Source of the DNA: Candidatus Omnitrophota bacterium
GTDB taxonomy: Bacteria; Omnitrophota; Gorgyraeia; Zapsychrales; Zapsychraceae
Assembly: GCA_021108075.1 (NCBI GenBank)
Contig: JAIORP010000029.1
Coordinates: forward strand, 10,311 to 74,310
DNA: 64,000 nucleotides
Direction: 5' to 3'
Shown in pieces: positions 18,768 through 29,555 of this stretch (position 1 is its first letter; every line of letters starts with the position of its first letter). Both the position numbers and the translations under genes were made by a program. Below the pieces are notes generated by a model. The model saw only the letters and a program-made list of their open reading frames with translations, was not told the DNA's origin and searched no databases.

Positions 18768-18871
18768 TACCAATTTTATAAAATAATTACCAAAACCGAT
18801 TTTGTTTTTTTCGACTCTTTAGTCGAGAATATCAGAATTGAAATAGAACAATTCATTAATGGATTTGGTAT
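18767..18871 (+). repeat. MITE-like repeat family A, copy 2 (long form)
   Basis: ATACCAATTTTATAAAATAATTACCAAAACCGATTTTG...GAATTGAAATAGAACAATTCATTAATGGATTTGGTAT; begins on the last base of the pnp stop codon. Confidence 0.85.
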
Positions 18872-19015
18872 AAGATATAATTTTTTTTGCGGTTCTTTGG
18901 CTCGACGTAAATTTTCTTTTCCAGCCGGATTTTCATCGAGTTGTGTTACAATAAGTAGCCATTAACAACAAACATCGACTATAAACAAATAGAGAACCTC
19001 TATATAGATTATTAT

Positions 19016-21304
19016 ATGAAGGAAGAGCATGTTAGTGAAATAAAGGCCATCGTTATCTTAGCGCTTGGCCTGATTTTGTTTGCTAGTCTGATTTCATTTG
19101 TACCTGAAGACCTGTCATGGTACACCTCATCGCCAAACGTCCCTGCCAGAAATCTAATACGTATTACCGGTGCTTACATTGCCGGGGTGACGTTATTTGT
19201 CTTTGGATACAGTTCCCATTTTCTTGTCATTTTTCTGTTGTTTTGGAGCTGGAACAAATTTGCCCTTCGTGAGATCGAATTTTCCATTTCAAAATTAATC
19301 AGTTCACTTGTTTTATTTGCCGTGGTCAGTTCATTTTTTAGCATAACGGGATCGCAGGATATTGTCGCGCGTTTTGGCCGATCCGGAATTGTAGGTCTAT
19401 TGTTTTCTGATTTTCTTTTGACGTATTTAGGCCGTATGGGCACGTATATCGTTTTGATAACGTTAGGAGTATTATCGCTGATTCTAACTGGTGAATTCCT
19501 TGTGGCACCGTTGTTTTTAGGTTTAGTTGAACGGGCGTCTGAATGGTTGGAATATTACAGAGAACAGCACGCTGAAGCGGAAAAGGAAATAAGAAAGAAG
19601 GCCAAATTAAAGCCGGTTCCAAAACCGCGCATCAATATCGCTGGCGCGCAGAAGAAAAAGAAAGGGAAAGCGACCGTCGAGCCCGAGGAAGAGGATGAGG
19701 AGGAAGAATACGAGTATGTTTATGAAGAGGAGGAAGACCCCGTTGTAGGACGCGGGAAAAAACCACAGATTAAAATTGCCCCGACCGGTGCAAAGAAGGA
19801 AAAACCGAAACAAGAGGACCAGATTGTCGGTGAATACACAATGCCTTCTTTGGATTTATTAGAAGATCCCCCGGAAATTCCGACAAGTAAAATTGAAAGT
19901 GGTCTGATGACGGGCGCTAAGATGTTAGAAGAAACTTTAGCCCAATTCGGTGTTATTGCTAAAGTCAAAGACATTGAACGTGGACCGGCCATCACCCGTT
20001 ATGAACTTGAGCCGGCTCCGGGGATGAAAGTGCAGCGATTTGTAACATTATCTGATGATATTGCTTTAGCCATGAAAGCTTCGGTTGTCCGGGTTGTGGC
20101 GCCGATTCCAGGTAAGAAAAGAGTGGGTGTTGAGGTCCCGAACGCAACCTCGGCGACAGTTTTCTTGAAAGATGTTTTATCGACGGAGGAATTTCAGAAT
20201 AAGTCCTCTAAACTGACACTGTCTTTAGGCAAGGATATTTCCGGTATGCCAATGGTTGCTGACTTAGCCGTTATGCCGCATATGTTAATTGCCGGAACGA
20301 CGGGTGCGGGTAAGACGGTCTGTGTGAATGGTATTATTATGTCCATGCTTTTGAATGCAGGCCCGGATGAAGTAAAATTTGTCATGATAGACCCAAAGAT
20401 GGTAGAATTAGCACAATATAATGATATCCCGCACTTGCTTTGCCCGACTGTGACAGATCCCAAAAAGGCTGCGGCTGTTCTGCATTGGGTTGTCGGGGAG
20501 ATGGAATCGCGCTACAGAAAGCTCTCCAAAGAGGGAGTCCGCAATATCAAGGGGTATAATCAAAAAGGGCATTACATGCCTTACATTGTTGTGATCGTTG
20601 ATGAGTTGGCGGATTTGATGCAGGTGTCGGCCAAAGCGGTGGAGAGTTCAATTACGCGTTTAGCACAATTGTCACGCGCTGTTGGTATTCATTTGATTCT
20701 AGCGACACAACGGCCGTCTGTTGATGTTATTACCGGGGTCATAAAAGCGAATTTCCCCGCAAGGGTGTCATTCAAAGTCGCGTCTAAGGTTGATTCCCGT
20801 ACGGTGCTGGACATGAACGGAGCTGAAGCGTTGCTGGGTAAAGGGGATATGTTGTTCATTCAACCGGGTGATGCCAAGCCGACACGCGGTCAATGTAGTT
20901 TTGTCAGAGATGATGAGATTGCCCGGGTGATTTCATTTATCAAAGATCAGCAAGGACCGGTTTATAACGAAGGCATTTTAAAACAACAAAAAACAGGTGT
21001 CATGTCAGGTAGCGGTAAGAAGGATGAGTATTACGATGAAGCTGTTCAGCTTGTTGTCGAAACAGGTCAGGCGTCTGTGTCTATCCTGCAGCGCCGTATG
21101 CGATTGGGTTACACCCGCGCAGCACGTTTAATTGATATGATGGAACAAGAGGGTATCGTTGGGCCATATTGTGGAAGCAAAGCGCGAGATATTCTTGTTG
21201 ATCGGGAACAATGGTTGCTTGAGAACATGAATGAGAATGAGGACGAAGGCGGTAAAGAATACGAGGAGGAGTATGAATATGAAGAAGAGGAAGAAGAGGT
21301 ATAG
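19016..21304 (+). CDS. ftsK: DNA translocase FtsK
   Basis: 4TM N-domain, MPHMLIAGTTGAGKT, IVDELADLM, ATQRPSVDVITG and gamma domain ASVSILQRRMRLGYTRAAR. Confidence 0.96.
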   Translation: MKEEHVSEIKAIVILALGLILFASLISFVPEDLSWYTSSPNVPARNLIRITGAYIAGVTLFVFGYSSHFLVIFLLFWSWNKFALREIEFSISKLISSLVLFAVVSSFFSITGSQDIVARFGRSGIVGLLFSDFLLTYLGRMGTYIVLITLGVLSLILTGEFLVAPLFLGLVERASEWLEYYREQHAEAEKEIRKKAKLKPVPKPRINIAGAQKKKKGKATVEPEEEDEEEEYEYVYEEEEDPVVGRGKKPQIKIAPTGAKKEKPKQEDQIVGEYTMPSLDLLEDPPEIPTSKIESGLMTGAKMLEETLAQFGVIAKVKDIERGPAITRYELEPAPGMKVQRFVTLSDDIALAMKASVVRVVAPIPGKKRVGVEVPNATSATVFLKDVLSTEEFQNKSSKLTLSLGKDISGMPMVADLAVMPHMLIAGTTGAGKTVCVNGIIMSMLLNAGPDEVKFVMIDPKMVELAQYNDIPHLLCPTVTDPKKAAAVLHWVVGEMESRYRKLSKEGVRNIKGYNQKGHYMPYIVVIVDELADLMQVSAKAVESSITRLAQLSRAVGIHLILATQRPSVDVITGVIKANFPARVSFKVASKVDSRTVLDMNGAEALLGKGDMLFIQPGDAKPTRGQCSFVRDDEIARVISFIKDQQGPVYNEGILKQQKTGVMSGSGKKDEYYDEAVQLVVETGQASVSILQRRMRLGYTRAARLIDMMEQEGIVGPYCGSKARDILVDREQWLLENMNENEDEGGKEYEEEYEYEEEEEEV

Positions 21305-21391
21305 AAAGACATTTAGTTTTTTTGCAAAGGGATTTTATTTCAGTGATCATGCGAGATGATGGAGAATCGTTAGCTATTTGGCGTTGATTAA

Positions 21392-22426
21392 TTGATTATG
21401 AGTGAAAAAGATAACAAAAAGAAAAAAGAAATAAAAAGTCAGAAGAAAACGGAGAAAACCCATCCGTCTTTCAGCCCGGCTCCTGAAGAGGAATCTGTCA
21501 AAAAAAGGGAACAAAAGATCAGGCGGACAAAGAAAGCGCGTCCAACAGACCAGGGTGACCATGGTTACAACGGGCGTTTGCTGCAGCAAAAACGCATGGA
21601 CCGGGGGTTGTCTTTAGAAGCTGTTCATGAATCGACCAAGATTCCATTAGACGTTCTGAACGCCATTGAAGAAGGCTACAATATCCGCACGCTGGCTCCT
21701 TTTTATTTAAAGGCTTTTGTGAAGAAATACGCCGCTTACCTTGAAGTTGATGTGAAAGAAATTGTCACGGACTATCATAAGGAAAGTTTGCCAAAATATA
21801 TTCGTCAGGATGTTAATGCCGTTGTTGCACACCCCAAATTGATGAACATTCTATCCCACCGTCAAAAACAGCTTTTGATTCTTTTTCTAGCGGGGGTCGT
21901 CGCTTTGTTTCTATTTTTTAAATTTATTGGCTGGGTGGCGAATTTATCAATATTTAAACCCCGCCCAAACACAAAACAAACACAACAAAAGAAAAAGGAA
22001 AAGGTCAAGAAAACTGAGAAGAAAGAAAATATTTCAGATAAAAAAGATCCGGTTAAAGCCTCTGTCCAGAAAGCCCAACCTAATAAAAGTTCTCAAACAA
22101 CTGCAAGAGCTAATGCCGTGTCGACCGCGAAACCAACGCCTGTTTCAGTCATAAGCAATATTAAAAGAAATATTGTTCTAACCGTCAGGGCTAAAAAAAG
22201 CAGTTGGCTGCGAGTCGAAACGGACGGGAATGTTGTCTTTCAATCAACATTGAGACGTGGGTCGGTCGAGACATGGCTGGCCGATGATAAAATTATTATT
22301 TCCGGGAAAAATATCAATCAATTGGAATTTGAACTAAACGGAAAGATGATCGGCGCCTTAGGCCGGGAAGATAGCCGCGCGAAGAAAGTGATTATTACAA
22401 AAGATGGCTTGTCCGTCACGAAATGA
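21392..22426 (+). CDS. rodZ: RodZ-like protein (HTH, TM, DUF4115)
   Basis: HTH_25 pattern (LSLEAV...TKI...LNAIEEG...KAFVKKYAAYL), one TM, C-terminal SWLRV...DG domain; ftsK-rodZ-rimO synteny. Confidence 0.8.
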   Translation: MIMSEKDNKKKKEIKSQKKTEKTHPSFSPAPEEESVKKREQKIRRTKKARPTDQGDHGYNGRLLQQKRMDRGLSLEAVHESTKIPLDVLNAIEEGYNIRTLAPFYLKAFVKKYAAYLEVDVKEIVTDYHKESLPKYIRQDVNAVVAHPKLMNILSHRQKQLLILFLAGVVALFLFFKFIGWVANLSIFKPRPNTKQTQQKKKEKVKKTEKKENISDKKDPVKASVQKAQPNKSSQTTARANAVSTAKPTPVSVISNIKRNIVLTVRAKKSSWLRVETDGNVVFQSTLRRGSVETWLADDKIIISGKNINQLEFELNGKMIGALGREDSRAKKVIITKDGLSVTK

Positions 22427-22504
22427 TGGAGATGACCGAACCCCAATTTTTCCTCCATTCTTAATATTTTCGTTGAAAAGATTTTTAGGGGAATATGCTG
22501 ACTC

Positions 22505-23758
22505 ATGAAATTTCATGTCATCAATTTAGGTTGTGTCCGTAATTTAGTCGACGCCCAGAATTTGATCACCTGTTTGAAAGAAAAGAAAAATAAATTGGTC
22601 GATCTTGAGCAGGCCCAAGCGGTGATTATCAATACGTGCGGATTTATCGAAGACGCGAAAAAAGAGTCTATTGACACCATTCTCGACGTTATTGACCTGA
22701 AGAAGCAGGGGAAAGTTGACAAAGTCATTATCGCTGGCTGTTTGGCTCAGCGTTATCATGAAGAACTGTCCGAGGAATTCCATTCTGAGATTGATGCTAT
22801 TATGGGCGTGCCAGAATTCGAGCAGTGGTCAACCGGGAAGACACATGCCTTAAGTCCCAAACATTACCGGTATGTTAAAATTTGTGAAGGGTGTTATCAC
22901 TGCTGCAGCTTTTGTGCGATCCCGCGGATTAAGGGTTCTCTGCGGTCCCGTCCGATGGATTCCATCCTTAATGAGATCCGTTCGTTAGATGGGCAGGGCG
23001 TTAAAGAAGTTATTTTGATTGGACAAGATATCACGGCTTATGGCTTAGATTTGTACAAGCAGAAAAGATTAGCTTTTCTGTTGCGTCAGATCATTAAGGA
23101 AATAAGAAATATCAGATGGGTGCGGCTGCTGTATACGTTCCCTTCGCATATTACGGATGATTTGCTTGATTTGATCGCCGAGGATAATCTTATTTGCCGC
23201 TATCTGGATGTCCCCCTGCAGCATATCAATTCGCATGTATTAAAACGGATGAATCGTCCGCTCACGAAACGTTCAACAGTGGCATTGATCAAAAAAATCC
23301 GGAAAAAAATACCTCGGGTTGCTGTGCGGACAAGTTTTATCGTCGGGTTTCCCGGAGAGACAGCCGCTATCTTTGAGGAGCTTGTTTCTTATGTTCAAGA
23401 CACGCGTTTCGATAAGGTGGGTGTCTTTACCTACTCAAAAGAAGAAAATACCCCGGCGTTTAAATACCGTTCCAACATAACCAAGCCGGTTATGACAAGG
23501 CGCTACAATAAGTTGATGCGTGTTCAGCAGAAGATATCTCGAGAGAAACTGCGGGAATTCGTCGGGAAAAAAGTTGATGTTATTATTGATGAAAAGGACA
23601 AAGAAGCGGAGAATATGTATGTTGGGCGCACAGAATATGATGCCCCGGAGGTTGATGGATTGGTCTATGTCCATTCCCGGAGGAAATTGCCGGCAGGAAA
23701 AATTGTGCCGGTCTTGATCACTGATACCCTGGAATACGATTTGATGGGAGAATATTGA
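22505..23758 (+). CDS. rimO: ribosomal protein S12 methylthiotransferase
   Basis: LGCVRNLVD, INTCGFIEDA, radical SAM CYHCCSFC and TRAM domain DAPEVDG. Confidence 0.93.
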   Translation: MKFHVINLGCVRNLVDAQNLITCLKEKKNKLVDLEQAQAVIINTCGFIEDAKKESIDTILDVIDLKKQGKVDKVIIAGCLAQRYHEELSEEFHSEIDAIMGVPEFEQWSTGKTHALSPKHYRYVKICEGCYHCCSFCAIPRIKGSLRSRPMDSILNEIRSLDGQGVKEVILIGQDITAYGLDLYKQKRLAFLLRQIIKEIRNIRWVRLLYTFPSHITDDLLDLIAEDNLICRYLDVPLQHINSHVLKRMNRPLTKRSTVALIKKIRKKIPRVAVRTSFIVGFPGETAAIFEELVSYVQDTRFDKVGVFTYSKEENTPAFKYRSNITKPVMTRRYNKLMRVQQKISREKLREFVGKKVDVIIDEKDKEAENMYVGRTEYDAPEVDGLVYVHSRRKLPAGKIVPVLITDTLEYDLMGEY

Positions 23759-23760
23759 GG

Positions 23761-24387
23761 ATGTGGCAGAAACAAGTTCCTAATGTGTTGACGGTTTCGC
23801 GCATTATTTTTTCATTTCTATTTGTGGTTTTTTTTCTGCAGCAGGATGTTACCGCTAAGGTTATCGCGGCGGTCTTCTTTCTGTTCGCGTCGATTACGGA
23901 TTTCTTTGATGGTTATTACGCTAGAAAATATCAATTGATTTCGAACTTTGGAAAAATTATGGACCCGATAGCGGATAAATGCCTGATGCTGTCTGCTTTT
24001 TGGGTTTTTTGTTTGAATCAACTTGTGCAGCCATGGATGTTTGTTGTTATCTTTATCCGGGAGGTGAGCGTTACCCTTTTTCGTCTGGTCGCCATCAAAA
24101 AAGGCGTTTACCAGGCGGCGGAAAAGTCCGGAAAAGTAAAAACCGTGGCCCAGATCGTGGTCGTTTACGTGATGCTCTTTTTTGTCCTGTATCATGTTTT
24201 TAGTGGCCATTACCGTCCAGGTTGGCAGCCGGAAGGTCGAGGGTTACAGTTCATTCATCTGTTGATGTATGTCGCCGTTGGATTAACCGTTTATTCCGGC
24301 GGGGAGTATGTCTGGCTGAATATTATTAAGCCGATTCAATCGGGTGGATGGATAGAATCATTGTTTTGTGTTTCTAAAAAAAAGTAG
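23761..24387 (+). CDS. pgsA: CDP-diacylglycerol--glycerol-3-phosphate 3-phosphatidyltransferase
   Basis: PNVLT and the CDP-alcohol motif DFFDGYYAR...FGKIMDPIADK. Confidence 0.92.
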   Translation: MWQKQVPNVLTVSRIIFSFLFVVFFLQQDVTAKVIAAVFFLFASITDFFDGYYARKYQLISNFGKIMDPIADKCLMLSAFWVFCLNQLVQPWMFVVIFIREVSVTLFRLVAIKKGVYQAAEKSGKVKTVAQIVVVYVMLFFVLYHVFSGHYRPGWQPEGRGLQFIHLLMYVAVGLTVYSGGEYVWLNIIKPIQSGGWIESLFCVSKKK

Positions 24388-24489
24388 TCCCTCTGGACTG
24401 TTACTTTCGTTTGGGAGATAATTTGTTGTTCGCGATACTAGTAAAATTATTTCTTCATAATTTGAAAGATTTATATATAATATTATTCT

Positions 24490-24945
24490 ATGCAAGATAA
24501 ACAGATAAGATTATTTTCAACATTTTTTTATATTGGTTTTTTTCCTTACGGCCCCGGAACAATGGCTAGCCTGGCTGGGGCCATCCTTGCCTTGCTTCTG
24601 GTCAAACTGCCCTTGCTGTATATTATACTGACTTTAGTTATCACGCGTTTGGGATTTGTGGTGAGTGGGGAAATGGAAAAAATAATGGACCAGAAAGACC
24701 CGGGTTGTGTTGTTATTGATGAAGTTGCCGGCATTCTGGTCGCTTTCTTTTTGTTGCCGATGACGCCTGCCGTTTTTTTCACAGCATTTTTTTTATTCAG
24801 AGCATTCGATATGTTTAAGATTTATCCGGAGAATGTCCTGGAAGATAAAGGTGGTTCAACCGGGATTATGATGGATGATATTATGGCAGGGGTGTATACC
24901 AATATTACGATGCAGGTCGCAATCCGTTTAGCGCATATTGTTTAG
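24490..24945 (+). CDS. pgpA: phosphatidylglycerophosphatase A
   Basis: PGT, DPGCVVIDEVAG, FRAFDMFK and GIMMDDIMAG. Confidence 0.92.
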   Translation: MQDKQIRLFSTFFYIGFFPYGPGTMASLAGAILALLLVKLPLLYIILTLVITRLGFVVSGEMEKIMDQKDPGCVVIDEVAGILVAFFLLPMTPAVFFTAFFLFRAFDMFKIYPENVLEDKGGSTGIMMDDIMAGVYTNITMQVAIRLAHIV

Positions 24946-25100
24946 ATAAATTTATGTTTCTTTAGGGAAGCGCACATGGTCTGCCCAAATATATGGAATG
25001 GTATTGCTCGTTCGGCTTAATGGTAACTCTTGTGTGGTTATATATCGAGATGTTGAAGTTATGGGCCAGACTTAGAGACAGACGTTAATATGGAGGAAAC

Positions 25101-26531
25101 GTGAACACAGAAGATCAATTATACATTGAAAGTAAAAAAGAATATTTTGATTCTGTCGCAGAAAAAAGAGGATATTGGCGCAAGAAAAATCACTATTACC
25201 ATGATGAGTTAATGCGGTATTTACGGTTTTTAATCCCTGAGAACTCTTCTGTGTTAGAGATTGGTTGCTATGCCGGGGAGAAACTCGCCGCCCTTAACCC
25301 CAAAAAGGGTGTCGGCGTTTGTTTTAGCAAGAAGATGATTGATGTTGCTAAAGAAAAGCATCCCCATCTGGATTTTCATTTTTGTGATATTGACCATAAG
25401 TTGAATATTGAAGAGAAATTTGACTATATTATCGTCAGCAATACCGTTGGTTACGCCTATGACCTGCAAAGCACATTTCATGAACTAAAGAAGGTCTGCC
25501 ATCCCGGCACAAAAATTATTTTATTTTATCATAGTCATTTTTGGAAATATTTATTGAAGCTCGCAGAAGTTTTGCGTATGCGTATGGTCTGGCCGAATCA
25601 GCACTGGCTCACGAAAGAAGATTTGGTGAACTTGTTTTATTTAAATGATTTCAGCCTGATCCGTTCAAGTGAGCAGATGATCATTCCTTTTTATATCCCT
25701 TTGATTTCCGCGATATTCAATCGTTTTATCGCTCATCTGCCTGTTATCAGGGGATTCGCGTTAAATAATATTATGATTTTTCAACCCCTTGGTCAACGCA
25801 AAGATCCAAAGGAGGTAACCTGCTCGGTCATCATTCCTTGCCGGAACGAAAAGGGTAATATTGAACCCGCGATACAAAGAACGCCAATGTTAGGGGCGCA
25901 TACCGAATTTATTTTTGTTGAGGGGCACTCTCAGGATGGGACATTAGAAGAATGCCAGCGGGTGAAAGAGAAGTATCCCCAGCATGATATCAAGGTGTTT
26001 TCCCAAACGGGCAAAGGCAAAGGGAATGCCGTCCGGGAAGGCTTTGCGGCTGCTACCGGTGATGTCTTGATGATTCTCGACGCAGACTTAACCACTCCTC
26101 CTGAGGATATGCCGAAGTTTTTTGAAGCGATTGCAACAGGTAAGGGTGAGTTTATTAACGGGACAAGGTTGGTTTACCAAATGGAAAAGAATGCGATGCG
26201 TTTTTTGAATATGTTGGCGAATAAATTTTTCAGTGTCGCATTAACCTATTTACTCGGGCAGTATTTAAAAGACACATTATGTGGAACGAAAGTGCTGTGG
26301 CGTGAGGACTATTTTAAAATTGAGCAAGGGCGCAGTTACTTTGGGGACTTCGATCCTTTTGGCGATTTTGATTTGTTGTTTGGGGCCGCTAAATTGAATT
26401 TGAAAATTATTGAAATTCCGGTCCAATACAAAGCCCGCACTTATGGTGAGACGCAAATCAGCCGGTTCAAGCATGGCTGGTTGTTAATAAAAATGACAGT
26501 TTTCGCGATGAGGAAAATTAAGTTTATCTAA
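25101..26531 (+). CDS. bifunctional SAM-methyltransferase-like / GT2 polyprenol-phosphate glycosyltransferase
   Basis: N-terminal VLEIGC; C-terminal SVIIPCRNE, GKGNAV, DADL and DTLCGTK (DPM-synthase-like). Confidence 0.85.
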   Translation: MNTEDQLYIESKKEYFDSVAEKRGYWRKKNHYYHDELMRYLRFLIPENSSVLEIGCYAGEKLAALNPKKGVGVCFSKKMIDVAKEKHPHLDFHFCDIDHKLNIEEKFDYIIVSNTVGYAYDLQSTFHELKKVCHPGTKIILFYHSHFWKYLLKLAEVLRMRMVWPNQHWLTKEDLVNLFYLNDFSLIRSSEQMIIPFYIPLISAIFNRFIAHLPVIRGFALNNIMIFQPLGQRKDPKEVTCSVIIPCRNEKGNIEPAIQRTPMLGAHTEFIFVEGHSQDGTLEECQRVKEKYPQHDIKVFSQTGKGKGNAVREGFAAATGDVLMILDADLTTPPEDMPKFFEAIATGKGEFINGTRLVYQMEKNAMRFLNMLANKFFSVALTYLLGQYLKDTLCGTKVLWREDYFKIEQGRSYFGDFDPFGDFDLLFGAAKLNLKIIEIPVQYKARTYGETQISRFKHGWLLIKMTVFAMRKIKFI

Positions 26532-26556
26532 CCGTTTAGAATTCTCGGGATACGCT

Positions 26557-27336
26557 ATGGGAAAACTTATGGATGCGTTAAGGTTGCCGGAATTAGAAGG
26601 TGTCGATGACCTGGATGATGCTTCGACGACGGAATTACATCGAGAAATTATTCTTAAGAAAGGTTTTTTAAAGAAGATTTATGTCGATCTTTATCAGCAA
26701 TATAATGATGTTATCCGGGAGTATGATGAGCATGGTTTGTTTGTTGAATTAGGCAGCGGTGGGGGGTTTGTTAAATCCAAATTGCCCGGAGTCATCACGT
26801 CTGATATTTTATCTTTATCCCATATTGATATCTGTTTTAACGCAGAGGCCATCCCCTTCAGGGACCATTCCGTTGACGCTTTTTTTATGATTGATGTCCT
26901 TCATCACATTAAGAATCCGGCTAAAATTATCCAGGAAATGAATCGTTGTTTAAAAAAAGGGGGTCGGGTGTTAATGACCGAGCCGGCCAATACAGCCTGG
27001 AGTCGATTTATTTATCAAAATTTTCACCATGAAAATTTTGACCCGACGAGCGGCTGGCTTATCGAGGGTACAGGCCCCATGTCTTCCGCAAATGGGGCAT
27101 TGCTTTGGATTATATTTTTTAGAGACGTTGAAAAGTTTAACAATGATTTTCCCTCGTTAAACATTACAAAGAAGATGAATCATACGCCGTTTAGATATTT
27201 GGTGAGTGGAGGGGTTTCGATGAAACAGTTGCTGCCAACATGGACGTATGGTTTCTTTAAAGGTTTTGAATGGATCTTAACACCGTTCAGTAATCTGCTG
27301 GGGATGTTTTGTACCGTTGAACTGAAAAAGAAATAA
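26557..27336 (+). CDS. class I SAM-dependent methyltransferase
   Basis: VELGSGGG, DVLHHI and LKKGG...EP. Confidence 0.85.
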   Translation: MGKLMDALRLPELEGVDDLDDASTTELHREIILKKGFLKKIYVDLYQQYNDVIREYDEHGLFVELGSGGGFVKSKLPGVITSDILSLSHIDICFNAEAIPFRDHSVDAFFMIDVLHHIKNPAKIIQEMNRCLKKGGRVLMTEPANTAWSRFIYQNFHHENFDPTSGWLIEGTGPMSSANGALLWIIFFRDVEKFNNDFPSLNITKKMNHTPFRYLVSGGVSMKQLLPTWTYGFFKGFEWILTPFSNLLGMFCTVELKKK

Positions 27337-27365
27337 ATTTTTAAAGAAAGACTTTTTTATATTTT

Positions 27366-28103
27366 ATGAAAACAGACGCAAGAGTAGAACGTGAGATTGA
27401 ACATAGCAAGAAATTAAAGGATAGCTGGGAAGGGGCCTATTATTATTGGGAAACGCCGGCAGGTAAGAAACGCTATGAGCGGCGGTTGGCGATGATTTCC
27501 TCTCATATTACCCCGGAAATGTCTGTGCTGGAAATTGGCTGTGGTACGGGATGTTTTACCCTTCAGTTCGCGGAAACCAAAGCCCATATAACGGCGATTG
27601 ATGTTTCACCTGATTTTTTAGATATCGCCAGGAAAAAAGTAATCGCAAGCAATGTTTCATTTAAGATTGATAATGCTTATGCTTTGAGCTTTGAAGACAG
27701 TTCTTTTGATACGATTGTTGGTAGCTCCGTCCTTCACCACTTAGATATTGATCAGGCCTTGAAGGAGTTTCTTCGGGTTTTAAAGCCCGGGGGGACGATA
27801 TTTTTCGCTGAGCCGAATATGCTGAACCCGCAAATATTTATTGAGAGGAACGTTGGATTCGTTAAGTCTTATTTGCACGTTAGTCCGGATGAAACCGCTT
27901 TTGTCCGCGGCCCCTTAAGAAAGAAAATTTTTCAATATGGATTTGAAGACGTGACAGTTGCGCCCTTTGATTTTCTTCATCCGCTCATTTTCCCCCCATT
28001 AGTTCCATTTTTTCAGTGTTTTTCTTTGTGTATTGAAAAGGTCCCTTTGCTGAAAGAGATCGCCGGATCTCTTTTTATTCAGGCGAAAAAACCGTCCCAA
28101 TAA
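27366..28103 (+). CDS. class I SAM-dependent methyltransferase
   Basis: VLEIGCGTG, SVLHHL and RVLKPGG...EPN. Confidence 0.88.
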   Translation: MKTDARVEREIEHSKKLKDSWEGAYYYWETPAGKKRYERRLAMISSHITPEMSVLEIGCGTGCFTLQFAETKAHITAIDVSPDFLDIARKKVIASNVSFKIDNAYALSFEDSSFDTIVGSSVLHHLDIDQALKEFLRVLKPGGTIFFAEPNMLNPQIFIERNVGFVKSYLHVSPDETAFVRGPLRKKIFQYGFEDVTVAPFDFLHPLIFPPLVPFFQCFSLCIEKVPLLKEIAGSLFIQAKKPSQ

Positions 28104-28127
28104 TTTTTTATAAAGACTTCGTAGAAA

Positions 28128-29555
28128 TTATTTTTCACAGGACGCATTTTTGTTTTTGTTTGAAAAATTCAACAAAATAATAACAGCCGTGATGATGGGG
28201 AAGAAATGCAGGATGCCTCTTGAGAGGGATGTCTCAGTCTGACTGATCCAGAAGAAGTGCTGCGTGAAAGAATATCCACAGATATAAACGCCAAAATACA
28301 TCAGCAGCGCAAGCAATAACAATTTTGTCTCGGTCTGTATTTTTTTGTTTATCAGGTGAATGAATGATATGAAGAATATCAACCATGTCAGGTTCCAATT
28401 GTTGGAATAGAACATGTTTGTGAGGATGCGTGTGATAACGATCCAGATTTTCTGAAATGTTTCCATTGATAAATGAAGTTTAAGGTTGTATAGGTCAAAA
28501 TGTTTTGATTCTGTGGATGTTTCGAGGCGTAAGGTTTGTCGTATTCGATAGAATTTGAAGAAATGAAACGGTAAACAGATGAGCAGACCGGGGATTGTAA
28601 AAGTAAAGAACAGTCCAATTCTCTTTTTGAGGGAATCATTTTTCCGCAGGAACAGCATATAGGCAAATATCATTATGTGGATGAACAAATACCCTGTGCC
28701 TTCCAATTTAACAAATGATGTTAATCCAGAAAAGATGGCTGCAACGATCAAGAAATCCGTTCGATGATTCTTAAACCATAGAATGAGCAATAGGAGTGCC
28801 GTGTAATTGTAATACATTATTGTGAAATCTCTGTAAGCAATCGATGAGTGATAGAGAAAGAAGTTTGAGGAAAGCAGGAAGACGCTTCCTAAAAGCGCCC
28901 AGCATTTGTTGGTAAAATTTTTTAGAAAATGGTGCTGAATAATGATGATCGACAGGGCGTAGATAGGAAAAAAAATTTTGATGACTTGATCATCCCATTC
29001 TCCCAGGGTGATGTTTAACCACGCTTCGATAAAAGGAACGTGTAGCGGATAAGTGTTATGAGGCAATGTGTCATAATAGATGAATGATTTTTCAAAATAA
29101 AAAACTTTTGCGTTAAATGAATGCGTTGATAATGTGTCCCAACTATAGACGGGTATACTTAAAGCGATTGAAAAGGTAGCGAGCAGGTTTATTCCGATAA
29201 AGTATAAAAAAAGAATTGTGAGATATTTTTCCAGTGTTGATAAAGGTTCTGTCTGGCAGGTGACTTCTTTATAGAGCGCCACGTTTCCCTTATTATTTTT
29301 TTTTGATCGGGAGTTGAGCATGAACAGCACAAAGGCGGTGAATAACAGCGGAAGATTGATCGCCGGGCTTGTCATGGGAACATTGAAGATCCCGAGAAAC
29401 AACATATGCAAAGAAATCATTCCCAGCCCAAGGCCATAGGCAAGCGCAGCCTTAAATGTCACGGAATAATTTTTTCCTCTTGATATAAAGTTGATCAATT
29501 GAAAACCTGAAAAGACGGGAATAAACAGAATGGATAATGATTTTAAAATGAGCAT
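28128..29555 (-). CDS. GT-C (ArnT/PMT-like) membrane glycosyltransferase
   Basis: Many TM helices, loop motif SWD, YPL and KLEG. Confidence 0.6.
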   Translation of the reverse strand: MLILKSLSILFIPVFSGFQLINFISRGKNYSVTFKAALAYGLGLGMISLHMLFLGIFNVPMTSPAINLPLLFTAFVLFMLNSRSKKNNKGNVALYKEVTCQTEPLSTLEKYLTILFLYFIGINLLATFSIALSIPVYSWDTLSTHSFNAKVFYFEKSFIYYDTLPHNTYPLHVPFIEAWLNITLGEWDDQVIKIFFPIYALSIIIIQHHFLKNFTNKCWALLGSVFLLSSNFFLYHSSIAYRDFTIMYYNYTALLLLILWFKNHRTDFLIVAAIFSGLTSFVKLEGTGYLFIHIMIFAYMLFLRKNDSLKKRIGLFFTFTIPGLLICLPFHFFKFYRIRQTLRLETSTESKHFDLYNLKLHLSMETFQKIWIVITRILTNMFYSNNWNLTWLIFFISFIHLINKKIQTETKLLLLALLMYFGVYICGYSFTQHFFWISQTETSLSRGILHFFPIITAVIILLNFSNKNKNASCEK

